Source: Flaccisagitta enflata
Taxonomy: Eukaryota
Length of the DNA: 64,000 nucleotides
Assembly (NCBI GenBank): GCA_965153355.1
Contig: OZ231126.1
Location: 34,162,001 to 34,226,000, forward strand
Direction of reading: 5' to 3'
Shown: positions 14,267 through 28,699 of the stretch, piece after piece
Numbering within the stretch: the stretch's first letter is position 1
Layout: each line of letters opens with the position of its first letter
Program-made: the position numbers and the translations under genes
The notes under the pieces: model-generated
The model's input: only the letters and a program-made list of their open reading frames with translations
Told to the model about the DNA's origin: nothing
Database searches by the model: none

Positions 14267-14399
14267 TAGGAAAGTAAGGAGTATGTTTGTAAGTAGTTGT
14301 GTCGCGGAGCAAGCGACTGTACACTATGGAATAAAATGCGTTTTTGCGAGACAAATTTTATCGCGAGTCACTATTAAATTATTTGCCAATATTTTTTTT

Positions 14400-15553
14400 G
14401 GCTTAGGTGTAGGAGACGGCCGGACAATTGTAGGCACATATTTCAGCATTTTTTTATGCGACACTGCCCCGACATTAAATTAAAACCCTACCCTACCCTT
14501 GGGCGCAACCCTGCCCCTAGGCCTATTCCTACCCCTAAACCAAACCCCACCTCTAAACTCAACCCTACCCCTAAACCCAACTCCTAACCTTACCCTACCC
14601 CTAAACCCAACTTTACCCCAAAACCCAACCTTACCCCAAAACCCAACCTTACCCCAAAACCCAACCTTACTCCTAAACCCAAACCTATATCTAAACCCAA
14701 CCCTACCCCTAAACCCAACCCCTAAACCCAACCCTACCCCAAATCCCAACCCTACCCCAAAACCCAACCCTACCCCTAAACCCAACCCTACCCCTAAACC
14801 CAACCCTTCCCCTAAACCCAGCTCTACCCCAAAACCCAACCCTACCCCTAAACCCAACCCTACTGCTAAACCCAACCCTACCCCTAAACTCAACCCTACC
14901 CCTAAACCCAACCCTACCCCTAAACCCAACCCTACCCCTAAACGCAACATGACATTCTTACTGTATCCCCCCCTATTGAAATCAGTGATAAAAGTAAGGT
15001 CGGATGACTGCAATTTAAGTCCGGCTGTTTGGGTGCTTCACATAGCAAAAGTTGGGAGTATCCCTTTTCACTTAGAGAATGTGAGGAGCAAAAATCATGA
15101 AGATGACCATTTTCTTTTTTCAAAATTCCTTCATCTTCCATTTTTGTTTCAGCCTTAAAGTTTCCACAGATTTCCCAGAATTCAGCAAAATTCTGTGTAG
15201 TTTTAGAAGGACAATTATTTGCTTAGAAAATCATGATGTTTGTAAAAAAAAACTTAAATGGAATATAAGCTATAGAATAATTTATGAAAAAGCAGAATTA
15301 CAATTCTTTAAAGAGAAGAAATTTGCAAAAGCTAATTCAAACAATCTCAACATATTATTTTATCCCACTGCAATATGCAAATTAAGTCCTCAAAAACAAT
15401 TTTCTAAAAAACGGATGATGAACAATTTTTGATAAAAGAAAAATGGTAAGGGTCTTAAAATTGACCACTCCACCTTAGGTAAAGAGGGCGAAACAAAATA
15501 ACCAACTTTTGCTATGCGAAGCACACAATCCGGCCGTCTCCTACACGTAGACC
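14400..15553. mobile_element. TIR element carrying an (AACCCTACCCCTAAACCC)n minisatellite
   Basis: GGCTTAGGTGTAGGAGACGGCCGGA ... TCCGGCCGTCTCCTACACGTAGACC, T-runs on both sides; 18-bp array ~14480-14945; related element at 48201-48597. Confidence 0.65.
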
Positions 15554-15815
15554 TTTTTTTTTTTTTTTTTTGAGGTAAGTCTGGTGATCTAAACGATAAA
15601 ATCATAAATACAAGAACGAGAACGCAAATCATGGGTTAAATTTTTTCATACTTGATAACCAAAGCTCTTCTGTGATTGTCCTCGACGAAACGTTATAACT
15701 GTTATTTTTCTTGTTGTTGTTGTTGTCGTTGTTGTTGTTGTCGTTGTTGTCGTTGTCGTTGTTGTCGTTGTCGTCGTTGTCGTTGTCGTTGTCGTCGTTG
15801 TCGTTGTCGTTGTCG

Positions 15816-15855
<40 letters not shown>

Positions 15856-15957
15856 CGTCTTAGTTGTTTCTGTTGTCGTCTTTGCCGTCAACAAAGTCGT
15901 CATTACTACTGTCATCTTCAATATTATAACGCTAAAGCGAATAGACTGGATTCTGAT

Positions 15958-16006
<49 letters not shown>

Positions 16007-16112
16007 AGAGATATAATATATTATTAGAGAGAGAGAGAGAGAGAGCAGACAGACACAGAGTCCTCCTGACCAATCAATGCTCAGAAACGAACAAAAGCTT
16101 GTCCTGAGTCTC

Positions 16113-16167
<55 letters not shown>

Positions 16168-16311
16168 GCGTATGTTTGTGCGCACGCACATTGGTACATG
16201 TTTGTGTGTGTGTAAAGGAAGCTAGGCCGGATTCACGGGAATTTTGCCTCTTCCAGAGATTTCTATGGAAACTTCATGGTCACTCTAACGATGGTTCCCG
16301 ATTGATTTGAA

Positions 16312-16387
<76 letters not shown>

Positions 16388-17223
16388 GCACAGGACCGTG
16401 GAGAGAAATGACAGGCCCCCCTTCTGGCCCACATGGCCGGGCCCCCCTCCCCCCTTTCCATGTTCCCCCCCCCCCCTTCTCTCATTTACAATTCTTTCAA
16501 TTTTGGCTTTGAATAGTTCTCAAACTTCTGCCTTCAAAACTTGCAAGTTAGTATCGATGTTTGCTTAATTCTTTTCATTTCATGAAACAAAACAAGACCG
16601 GATACACGGCAATCCAGTCGCGGACAGTTGGGCAGGAGCAGTAATGCGAAAACCGCTCAGTATTCAAAAATGTGACGGACCTACCGACCTACCTACCGAC
16701 CGACACGGCACGAATAAAAATCGGTTAAACACCTATTCCAGATTGAAAATCTTGGTGGAAGAAGTTTGAGTACTGTATGTAGGCAAGAAGTCAGCGGGAA
16801 ATCAAGAGGATTGCAGTGTAAAAAAAAGTTGTCAGAAGTTTTAAACCACCATGTATATCCAATTCATTGCTCGAAATTCATCAATATCACAAAAAATCAT
16901 TCAAAATCAAGTAGATCTATCGTCAGACTATCGAGTAATATGTTTTTCTGTCGGAAAAATTTGAATAAAAATGAAGGAATAACTAATGAGTTTAGAAAAC
17001 CGTCATATGAGGCCGCAAATCGCTTGGTAACGCGAGCGACTCAGGATAGCCATGTAGGTTATTGCGTGGGGAATTCAAATCTGGTTTCAGAAATCTTTTA
17101 GCATGAAGCTGAAAAAAGCTAGAGCCAAAAGAGTACGAGGGTATCTCGAACACAATGGAATCAAACGCGGAAGTAAATGAAACGCATAAAATTGACGCAA
17201 ACAATCCACCTGTGCGTTTCCTG

Positions 17224-18619
17224 CAGTGCCCCCAAGTGATTTTTGGAGCTACTAGCCAAGTTGATGGCTGTTACTATCAAGAATGTAGCTAAATTTTTTT
17301 CTTCACTATCTAGTTTACTATCTAAACATAAGGATTATACTACAAAACAGCGCCGAGATAGCTGCAACCCTTTTAAAGCTTAGTTTTGCTCAGTCCTTTG
17401 AAATGCACTTGAATATAGCTTAATTTAATTTTTGTATGATTATTTCTATGTTTGTATGACATTTTGATGGCTTGCAAGCTTTAGACCTGATGTGCTCAGA
17501 TCCTTCACGTTTGTTGGATAAATGCACCACTTTATATTTATTATTATAACAAAAGAAACTTCCTTTAGAAATTCATACTTATCAGGGCATTCAAAACATA
17601 GATCTTAGCTCAAACAATTTTTTGCAGTGAAATAAAAGGGAGAAAAACAAGAGGAGGATAATCAAAGCTTTCCTGTGTATTTTCTATATGGTATGCAATG
17701 GGTCTAGGTTTTGTTATACCATCAACTGTAAATTGTACAGAGGCCAATTTTCCCTTGAGTAGCTAGGATATAATTTTTCAGCTAAGAGTGATTCTTGCTT
17801 GTATTCATCTCTTTCTATGATTATCTGACCCAATAAAAAAGTTAGATATTGTGAGAGAAAGTAAAAGCTTCAAAAAATCACATTCTTGATTTATATGGGT
17901 CTAACACCTGGTACACCCCGTAATCTTGGGTGAGATTAAACCCCAGGGATTGCTCTAGGTTTAACCCTGAGTTAACCTCAGGCAACTCAAGCTCTGGGTT
18001 TTCTCGGGGTTGTTTTGGGTTGCTCAGGGTTGCATTGTTAGAAACAATGACTTCACTATGATAAATAACAGTAGTGCTTTACTGCATAACAAACAATAAC
18101 ATCAACCTCCAGCAACCCCAAGCAAAACTTGAGCGATTCCAAGCAACCTCGGGGTTTAATCTCACTGTTTTATGTTACAAATTACCTGGTGTGGTAACCT
18201 TGTCCAAATTTCATATCACTAACATCATAATTTTCCCTTTAAATACTTATAAAACAAAATGAAATTCTAATCTTTTTAAAATTAGATATTTATTTCATTC
18301 TGTTAAACATTTGTAAGTTGATTAGAAATGATTCTATACATAACTTCAACCAGAATCTAAGTTGAATAAACTCATGATAACTGAAATTTTGATATTCATC
18401 AAAATGTTTTTAAAAATTTTTTATTGGTTTGACCATTATCTTTAAATTTTACCAAAAAAAAACTAAAAAATTTGAAAAAATTGTTAATATCCAGCACTAT
18501 ATAAAAAAATTTCATTTAGTATCTAGATTAATAGCTGGTATCCAGATTATTTTTTACTATCTAAGGCACCTCCATTACTATCCAGATCTAGCTACTAACT
18601 ATCCAACTTGGGGCCACTG
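17224..18619. mobile_element. Probable hAT-like TIR element with a nested inverted-repeat element (~17905-18191)
   Basis: CAGTGCCCCCAAGT / ACTTGGGGCCACTG ends, but no TSD recovered; inner pair gtgagattaaacccc / ggggtttaatctcac. Confidence 0.45.
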
Positions 18620-19630
18620 CATTTGACCCCAGTCGCGGACCCATACTCTTTCAAGATTTTTGCTCTGAAAAATAATCAACTTTGGAGGAGTATTGCAACT
18701 TAAGCGATAAAGCTACATATCCCAGATTGGTTTCAACTTAAAGAGTTGTTTGAACACTTTAAATTGCGACCAATCTGGGGTTTGTAGCTCAATTCGTTTG
18801 TGAGCAGTGGTCTTTCAAAGTTGATGCTCATTTCTAAGTGTGGAAAATTCTTTATTATAATTTAGGGTGGATAAAGATGTAAGCAACTAAATAGATAGTA
18901 GCTTTTGAGCATTCTGATCGATGTTACGTGAAGGACAAATGTTAAATTTAGTAATCTGAGAGATCTTATCACAGATTTTTGGTAGTATGAGCCATTTCAA
19001 TATTGCATTTCACTTATCTTATCATCAAGAAAAAAGTGCCAGGAATTGACTGCACAGGGTTTGTTGGGTTTAGTGATTGAATGTTTCTGAAATTGGTAAA
19101 ATAGGCCAAAAATGAAGTTTTTTGATAATGTCGATATTTTTACGAGCCAATCCATACATCATATGCCATATACGGCCATTTTTTACATTTTCGTCCTACT
19201 AGCCTACTGTATGGCAAAAACTATTGAAAATACAAAACATTTCAAAATATTGTCATTAGAAATTGTTTTGTCATCTTTACAGGAGCCCAAATTTGATTAT
19301 ATCGTACTTTATCTTAAAAAAGGTTAGATTATATCAATAAGCTGATCTGATTTGATCTAATACTTAATAGGCCCCTACTTGCCAAGTTAACGAGGCCTAA
19401 GCATGAATGCAACCATAATCACTCAACTCTGTTTATCTTTCTCCTTTTTCTCCTCATTTTTTCCTTGATTTTCTTTGTTTTTGTTTTTGTTTTTTTTTAT
19501 TTGTCTTCTTTTTTTTCTCAGAGGGGGGTGGACCCTCCTCTCCACGGCCCTAACTGCGGAAATTGTATTTTTTAAATTTTTTTTTGTGTCGTTCTTCCTT
19601 CATTGTCGTTATCACTTTCTTCGTCATCGT

Positions 19631-19797
19631 TTTTAGTTGCGGACACGCAACTCTATAAGAGGCTTTGTCCGTCCGTCGGTTGGTCGGTCGGTCCGTCGGT
19701 CCGTCCGTCCGTAACCATCGAGTCGAAAAGTGGGAAAACACGCATTTCCGCCCCTGCCCACCCGTCCGCAACTGATGGCCGTGTATCCGGCCTTGTT
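19631..19797 (+). mobile_element. HINE family A copy
   Basis: TTTAGTTGCGGACACGCAACTCTA ... CCGCAACT ... GGCCGTGTATCCGGCCTTGTT. Confidence 0.7.
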
Positions 19798-19874
19798 ATC
19801 TCGGTCATCATGTTCTCTTATTGCTGTTTATCCATTTGTTTTAAGCGCAAACTTTGATCGACTCATTCTTTCCC

Positions 19875-20240
19875 TCTTGCTTTCGCTCTCGCCTTCGTTC
19901 TCGCGTCCGCTCTCGCGTCCGTGAACTGACGTTTGCTCTCGCATTCGCTCCCACGTTTGCTATCGCGTTTGCTATCGCATTCGCTCTCGAGTTTGCTCTC
20001 GCGTTTGCTCTCGCGTTTGCTCTCGCGTTTGCTCTCGCGTTTGCTCTCGCGTTTGCTCTCGCATTGCTCTCGCGTTTGCTCTCGCGTTTGCTCTCGCATT
20101 TGCTCTTGCATTTGCTCTTTCGTTTGCTCTCGCGTTGGCCCTTGCATTTGTTTTCGCATACGCTCTTGTATTCTCTCTTGCTCTTGTTTTCGCATACGCT
20201 CTTGTATTCTCTCTTGCTCTCTCTTACTCTCGCTTTTGCC
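19875..20240. repeat. 12-bp minisatellite (CTCGCGTTTGCT)n
   Basis: Direct tandem units, degenerating toward both edges. Confidence 0.85.
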
Positions 20241-22209
20241 CTTTCTTCTATAATTTTCTTTTGTAATTTTTAAATTATAATTTATTCATACTTATCAAGG
20301 GGCATCAAGATGATTTTTTGATGGTGTTAGCCCTATGTCCTTGTCTTTACAATGGTGTAATACTTATGAAGAATTCCGATGCAAAACCGGCCATGCGACT
20401 TTACATCAAGAAACTGATTTTTTAAAAATAAATCTTTATTTTTTTAGATTTGACTTTACATATATGCATAATCATGTTTATTACGTCAAGAGCTTTCGAA
20501 CGATATGCTGCACTATATATTTTGTTGGAAAAGCAAACAATTCATGAATTATTTAGTTTTCGGCTTGACTTTCTCTATCGACTACAGCGCATAAACCTTA
20601 TCACGCGCAAGAAAATCAACCACCGCGAAGCAGCCATTTTTAATGAAACAAAGTTAACAAATGCACGCATGGTAGGAGGTGAGCGCATTAACCGATTTGG
20701 ATGAAATTTGAGATATAGGCCCTTCTCGGTCTACTCTTTCATATATGTCTGAACTTTGCGAAGCGAAGGACAATGAGATCCCTTCCCGTTTCATCGAAGT
20801 TGAGGTGTATTTTGATAGTTTCCCTGGATCGCATTGACCATTTTTCTCCCGGTTTTTTAAGATTTTCTGATGCTACATGATGTAATCTGACATGCATAAG
20901 CATATTTCGTGTTGATAATAGCTCATTTATTGAAAATCATAAAATTTTATCGCATAATCAAGCTATCATCTGCGCAGAAAATTTGCGTTTTTCAACGATT
21001 ATTTTACGCAACCTGGCTAAGCGTCGTGACCGGTCGCTACCAATAAGCTAAAATTTGGTGTGTACCCTCCCCTAATTAGTTCCATTATATATTAGAAAGC
21101 ACACATATTCATGAGGACTCCCCTGGTTTAAAAAGGAAGGAGTTGTGTTTCAGACCAACATTCCAATTTTATGGTGATTTTTTCTAGTAAAAAATTGTAG
21201 AGGTAGCAACCATATGGTTATCTATGTTATGTTATCTATGTTAAGTTTGGTATCCCAACAAGGTCAACAAATAGGGGGATAAATATATTGAAGCAGGACT
21301 GCCCTTTTGACTCAAAATTGAATCATTGCATTGAAAAAAGCCACCTTAATAACCCAAAAGAAGCTATCTATTTCCTTTTGTCCATCAAAACCATTTTTCT
21401 TAAGACCACTGCAGATGAACCTTTCTTGCCTTGTACAGATCTCATTAATTGGATCCATGCTGCCTGTGTGGTAATAAATATTCATTGACAACCAACATTT
21501 AATGATTGACCCTTTTTCAACGGAATTGATTATCCAGGAATTTTTTTTGTTGTACTTTTTAAAGTTTACCAAATTTTTTGGACACCCTGTTAGCAAATAT
21601 ATGAATAAAAAAAATCTGGTTGAAGGGACCAAGAATTAAGAATTGGTATATGTTATAGGCGGAATTCCGTTAAAAGCGGGTCCGTTAGAGCGGGGTTCAA
21701 ATGTACATGACTCTTCACAGAACGTTTATCTGTTCCTAAGCGCTCTTGAGTGGCACTGTTTTTTCGTATAAGAACCTAGTTTATGAGAACATCAAGGTTT
21801 GAAATTGCCCCAAAATTAAGAACATCGCAGTTATTTTACTGGTAGCTATTCTTATCTCTTTTGAAGCCTTCGACTTCGGCTCAAATCTGTGATCATGAAT
21901 AGGTAAGACGAAGCCGAAATACCGTAAAAGATAAACCCAATCTCCCAAAAGTCAAAAGCTATTCCCACACATATTTTGTCAGATATTCACCTCCATTTGG
22001 ACGACATAATGCGAGTCGTGTGATAACCCTTCTAAGTTCTAACACCTGAATCGTACAAGTTACTGCGTCATGCAGACAATTACAACAGTTAGAACAGGCC
22101 CTTGATGGCCTCGCGACGCCATTGTTATTTGCAGCGAAGAATTCGCATTTTCTGCCCGGTCGCGTTTGTGAAACGTTTGTAAAGTCTCTTTTCTATTTTT
22201 TTCCTTTTT

Positions 22210-22810
22210 GGGCAGCGGCCCCGAAGGGGCCGATGACCTATGCTTTCAAATATGCAGAAATTTCTCCTTCTTCTTCTTCTTCTCCTCCGTCCGTACCCCC
22301 CCCTAGCTCCGCGGCCCAAAATCTGGCTTTGAGGCCCATATTCCACCCCAGAGATCCAAATTCTAACCTTGAGGCCCAAATTCTAACCTTTAGGCCCAAA
22401 TTCTAGTCCAGAGGCCCAAAATCTAGCCCTGAGGCCATAATTCTAACTGTGAGGCTCATGTTCCACCCCAGAGATCCAAATTCTAACCTTGAGGCCCAAA
22501 TCCCAGCCTTGTGGCTCAAATCCCAGCCTTGAGGCTCAAATCCCAGCCTTGAGGCTCAAATCCCAGCCTCAAAGCTAAAATCCAAACCTCAAAGCCCCAA
22601 TTCCAGCCTTGAAGCCATAATTCCAGGCTTGAGGCCATAATTCCAGCCCCAATGCCAGCCTTGAAGCCATAATTCCAGCCTTGAGGCTCAAATAAAAACA
22701 GCATAGGTCATCGGCCCCTTCGGGGCCTCTGCCCCTCTAACCACCTCACAGCTACATACACTCCCATAGGGGCAACGGGTACCGCTGACCATCTAACGCT
22801 TTTGCGACTA
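22210..22810 (+). mobile_element. HINE-like family B1, full copy
   Basis: Same head and tail as 5521-6565; 20-21-bp (aatcccagccttgaggctca) array. Confidence 0.7.
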
Positions 22811-23289
22811 TTTCTCCCTTCTTTTCCCGTACGTACGTACGTACTTCCGTCCGTCCGTCCGTCCGTCCGTCCATCCGTCCGTCCGTCCGTCCGTCCGTCC
22901 GTCCGTCTGTCCGTCCGTCCATTAGTCCCCCCCAAGTTTCTCAACTCTCAAATTCCCATTGAATAACATGGGAAAATGACAAAATGCAAACACCCCATTG
23001 AATAATATGGAAAATTTACAAAAAAATAGAAAAATATCAATTTCCTATCGAATAGCATGGAAAGTTGATACAAAATTTAAAAAATGCAAAATTCCTATTG
23101 AATAGTATGGGAGATTGATAAAAAAATGAAAAAAAGATGAAATTCTCATTGAATAACATGGATTATAGATAAAAAAATTTTAAAAATGAAAACTCCCATT
23201 GAATATCATGGAAAATTGTCCAAAAGGCCTGAAATTTGCCTTCTCAGGAATCTCAGGACGTAAGGAAATGAGATATATCATACCCCCGC

Positions 23290-25390
23290 AGAATTCCATA
23301 ATTTATGGCCATTTCATGGGTCATTTTTTATGAAATCATAAAAAATACCCCAAAAAAAAGCATAAATTTATGGTATTTTATAAAGCATAATTTATGGCCC
23401 AAAAAACTCCATAAATTTATGGGCGATAGGTACCAAAAAATTTATGAAATTTTTTCCATAAATTTATGCTGAAAACATATGACTTTTTTATGAATTTAAA
23501 GAAAAGCATAAAAAAACATACATTTTTTTGCCATAAATTTACTGGTACCTATTGCCCATAAATTTATGATCGTTTTTCGTCATAAATTTATGCAAAAAAT
23601 AATGCATAAATTTATGCAAAAAAACATATGATTTTTTATGATTTCAAAAAAAATCATAAAAAAACAGCGTTTTTTTGCCATAAATTTATGGACACAAATT
23701 GCCCATAAATTTATGATCATTTTAGGCCATAAATTATTGCCAAAAATATGCATAAATTTATGGCAAAAAACATAAAATTTTTTATGATTCCAAAGAAAAT
23801 CATAAAAAAACAGCGTTTTTTTGCCATAAATTTATGGACACAAATTGCCCATAAATTTATGATCATTTTTGGCCATAAATTAATGCCAAAAATATGCATA
23901 AATTTATGGCAAAAAACATAAGATTTTTTATGATTCCAAAGAAAATCATAAAAAAACAGCGTTTTTTTGCCATAAATTTATGGTTTAATTGCCCATAAAT
24001 TTATGATCATTTAGGCCATAAATTAATGCCAAAATATGCATAAATTTATGGCAAAAAACATAAGATTTTTTATGATTCCAAAGAAAATCATAAAAAAACG
24101 GCGTTTTTTTGCCATAAATTCATGGACACAAATTGCCCATAAATTTATGATCATTTTAGGCCATAAATTAATGCCAAAGATATGCATAAATTGATGGCAA
24201 AAAACATAAAGTTTTTTATGATTCCAAAGAAAATCATAAAAAAACAGCGTTTTTTTGCCATAAATCTATGGACACAAATTGCCCATAAATTCATGATCAT
24301 TTTTTGTCATAAATTAATGCAATAAAAAGGCATAAATTTATGCGAAAAAACATATGATTTTTTGTGATTCAAAAAAAAAAAATACTACAAAAAATGCTTT
24401 TTTTTTGCCATAAAATTATGGGTACAAATCGCCCATAAATTTATGATCATTTTTTGTCATAAATTAGTGCAAAAAATATGCATAAATTTATGGCAAAAAA
24501 TACAAAAATTTTTTTGATTCCAAAGAAAATCATAAAAATACAGCGTTTTTTTGCCATAAATTTATGGGTACAATTATAAATCTATGATCATTTTTGTCAT
24601 AAATTAATGCAATAAATAGGCATAAATTTATGGCAAAATACTTGTTATTTTTTATGAGTCCTACAAAAATGCTTTTTTTGCCATGTAATTACAAATCAAT
24701 TAAATTTATGATCATTTTTTTATAAATTAATGCAATAAATAGGCATACATTTATGCAAAAAAACACATTATTTTTTATGATTCCAAAGAAATCATAAAAA
24801 AACTCCTTTTTTTGTGCCCTACATTTATGGGTACTAATTGCCCATAAATTCATGAGCAATTTTTGTCATAAATTATTGCAATAAATAAATTCATAAATAA
24901 ATTTATGCCCAAAAAACATATTATTATTTGTGATTCCAAAGAAAATCTTTTAAAAACTTCATTTTTTTGCCATAGATTTATGGGTAAAAAATGCCCATTA
25001 ATTTATGATCATTTTTTGTCATAAATAATGCAATGAATAAGCATAAATTTATGCCAAAAAACGCATAATTTTTTATGATTCCTGAGAAAATGAAAAAAAA
25101 AGCATTTTTTTGCCATACATTTATGGGTACAAAATGCCCATAGATTTATGATCATTTTTTTGTCATAAATTAATGCAATGAAAATGCATAAATTTATGCC
25201 AAAAAACACATGATTTTTTTTTATTACAAAGAAAATCATAAAAAAAGCTGCTTTTTTTGCAAAAAAATTTGCGGGTACTTATTGCCCATAAATTTATGAC
25301 CATTTTGTGTGATAAATTGATGCAATAAATGTGCATGAATTTATGCGAAAAAAACAAAAAAAATTTTATGATTCCAAAGAAAAATAACAA
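23290..25390 (+). repeat. Left arm: ~146-bp satellite built from the palindrome CATAAATTTATG
   Basis: gacacaaatt recurs at 23691 and 23837; about four CATAAATT(T/A)ATG per unit. Confidence 0.9.
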
Positions 25391-25712
25391 AAAACTGCAG
25401 AGCTGATTTGAGGCCTTGAAAGCTGATTTGAAGCATGAGGGAAGATTGAGGGCTTAGAGAGCCTAAACCAGGCCTGCAATGCGGTTTCCCTATTCATATC
25501 ATTTCTACAAAATGGGATCGAATTTACATTTTTGGCATCAATATCGACTTAGTCGATGATTCTTTGCTCAATTTTTAGTACAAGCCCATTCTTTGAAGAC
25601 ACAACGCCGTTCTAGTAGTGCAGAATAGACCGATAGTATTAGGAAACCAGAAACAGTAAGTTGAGAGAGATCATTCCACATTAGGCTCACTTTTCTGTTT
25701 TTCACTAATATA

Positions 25713-26475
25713 CACCGTCTTTAAATCGAAATGGCAAATAGTAAACCTTTGTAGCTCCAAAACTGCTAGCCCAAAAGCCTTCAAATTTTCAATGAATGTT
25801 GGTGACAACTGACCATTTTGTCATGCCAAAACTCAGATTTTGTAACTGAATAGGCTGGGGGTCATTAAAGCATTGAAATGCTATCAATTTTATGGAAAAA
25901 ATCAATTTGTCCCAGCTATACTTGGAAGCATTTTTTTTCTTTCAATGCTTTTTTCTTGATTAAGCAAGCTTGAACCCTGGGGTTGGTCTTAAATGAAGAG
26001 TTACAAATCATGAATATAAATTTTGCTTGAAAATTTCATTATTCTATTGTATTTATGAAGATTTGAATGATTTTCTAATGATTGACAGTCTGGATTTGAG
26101 CAAAGTTTGTCAAAAACCAATTATAACCTCAATTTATATCCAACTTTTTCCAATTTTTTTGGTAAATGTGTAATGTCTGAACAATTTCCTATCATTTGAG
26201 ACCAACCCCGGAGTTCTAGCTCAATTTTTTTTACATCTGTATATTGATAAAGACAAGTCTTCTTAAAAAAAAAATGAAAAAAAAGATTCTGCCCTTAAAA
26301 TTGGGCATATTTTGTTTGTTTTACTGACCCCAAACTATTCAGTATCAAAATCTGAGTTTGGACATGACAAAATGGTCAGTTGTTACCAACATTCACTGAA
26401 AATCTGAAGGTTTTTCGGCTAGTGGTTTTGGAGCTACAAAGGTTTACTATTTGCCATTTCGATTTAAAAACGGTG
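25713..26475. mobile_element. Tc1/mariner-type MITE nested in the foldback element
   Basis: TA|CACCGTCTTTAAATCGAAATGGCAAATAGTAAACCTTTGTAGCTCC ... GGAGCTACAAAGGTTTACTATTTGCCATTTCGATTTAAAAACGGTG|TA; TIRs of ~130 bp or more. Confidence 0.9.
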
Positions 26476-27465
26476 TATTCATTGCTTACTTCGATCTTTG
26501 ATTCATTATTCATCTGGCTCATTCATTCATCTATCATTTCTAGCTCTTCAATCGATCTGTAATCCGTGATCGCAATCGGCAACGTCTATTTTGTTGTCGT
26601 CAATGTCAACAAAAGAAAAAAAATCAAGGTGGCATTCAATCTTTTATAACTTTTTTTTTCTCAGTTTGAGGCAATCATAGAGAACGGTTTAAACCACGTT
26701 TACCAAGTCAAGCAACAAATTTTTTCATTAAACTTTGTCACTATCCGCACCGTGGTGAGGACAGAAGGTCGGAAAGGTAGAAGAATGAAGCTACTGATGG
26801 ACGAATGTCTGGAAATTCCCGCGTGTCCTACAGGACATTGGCCCTTTGGGGCGGCTGCCCAAAAAGGGATTACTGGAATGATAAGCGCCGCAGCTGCAAA
26901 GTGAGTAACAGCAGCGCAGGAAATGACAGCTTTGGCCCAATAAGCGGCCCTGCAGTGAGAGCGTGAGCCTAATAAGCGCCCCTTATATTTACCATAGTGA
27001 TCACAGTCTGCCTACCTTTAGGATGCCTTCATACAAATCTATCTGCTTTGCTTATGCTGTAGTATCTGAAATATCTCATAAAGTCATCAAATATTAAATT
27101 AAGAATGATTGATTTGATGAAGGAAACATAATTTTTAATACTTTTAACCGCAAATAACTAACATTGAAAATAACTTACATCATCTTAACACTTTTTTTTC
27201 TGGTGACTTTCCTCCTTTTTATTTAACATCTAGTTTAAGCTAGTATCCTTCGGACTCTCAAGCCCAGTTCCATATCCCGAGTGAGAACAGGGAAAAATGT
27301 TTATAGACTCGGAATTTGTCACAGATGATCATGCCGTCATAACCATCATCGCCACCATCGATATAGATCATTGATAATCGATCGCCCTTCTTCAGAGTGA
27401 GCCCGACTTTGGAAAGGCATTCAACACAGCAGCAACAAAAACAACAACAACAAAAACAACAACAA

Positions 27466-27527
<62 letters not shown>

Positions 27528-27908
27528 TTAATGTTATTATCAAGAAACATTAAGGTTCCAATCGCGACAAAGGTATTTAGAAGTTCATCTTTCTAAGTTG
27601 TATGCTACACGGCTTTTAAACTCAATATGTCAGTCTGTCGGTCCGTCACAAAGTTCTCATATACCACAACATAACATTAGGGGCAGGCGTGAAAATAATG
27701 TCCCGACACGCGACTTGAAGGAGTTGGCCTTATTTTCTTTCCTTTTCTTCCTTGTTGATTTTTCGATCATAAAAGCCTATAAAATGACAAACAACAATGA
27801 CGATTATGTTGACAATGACCAAGTGACTTTTTTTGATGATGACGATGACCGAGCGTAACACGCATGCGGCCAGCTACTTCCAAGTGATATTCCCGAGGAA
27901 ATGGAGAG

Positions 27909-28072
<164 letters not shown>

Positions 28073-28331
28073 CAACACTGACAACAAACAAAGATTCAGA
28101 TGAACAAACAAACGGACGAACGAACAGACGGAAGAATGAATCAACGAACAAATCCGGCCTTGTTTAGAGGGTTAGGGTTAGGGACGGGGTTGAGAATGGT
28201 GTCAGGGCTGAGGATGGTATAAGGTTAGGTCTAGCATTGTTGCTGGGTAAAATATGCCCGAATAAAAGCTTCGTTCAAGCGGCGTGAAATCCCCCCCCCA
28301 AAAAAACAAACAAACTAAAAAACGAGAAAAC

Positions 28332-28397
<66 letters not shown>

Positions 28398-28699
28398 CTT
28401 ACGATCTTCAGAATAAAAAGAAAGATTATATGACAACATGGTGACGGACTGACAGACATAGTGAGTTGAAGAGTTGCGTGGCATGAGACCAAAAAAGATG
28501 AACTTCCAAATTTCAATGTAGTAACATTATTGTTGTTTTTGTGTCTGTTGTTGTTGTTATTGTTATAGGTGACCAACTGACTGACTGACCAACCAACCAA
28601 CCAACCAACCAACACTAGGACATAAAAGCGAGGTATGTATTCGGGTGCACAGGACTAAAAAGGAAAAGCAAGTTCTGTTTTTTCCATTTCACAGACTTA

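Larger units (their letters stand above)
12133..21590. mobile_element. Mariner-type TIR pair enclosing 9.46 kb
   Basis: TA|ACAGGGTGTCCAATAAATTTGGTAAA ... TTTACCAAATTTTTTGGACACCCTGT|TA; no transposase ORF recognised inside. Confidence 0.65.
12061..21703. mobile_element. pogo/Tigger-like MITE split into halves (12061-12132 and 21591-21703)
   Basis: TA|CAGTTAAACCCAGCTCCAACGGA ... TCCGTTAGAGCGGGGTTCAAATG|TA; the internal motif ttata(a/g)gcggaatt occurs in both halves. Confidence 0.7.

Noticed and set aside
14480-15158. Pro-rich 219-aa and Gly-rich 177-aa ORFs; possible telomere
   Set aside because: Both are translations of an 18-bp minisatellite inside a TIR element; it is not a pure telomeric array.
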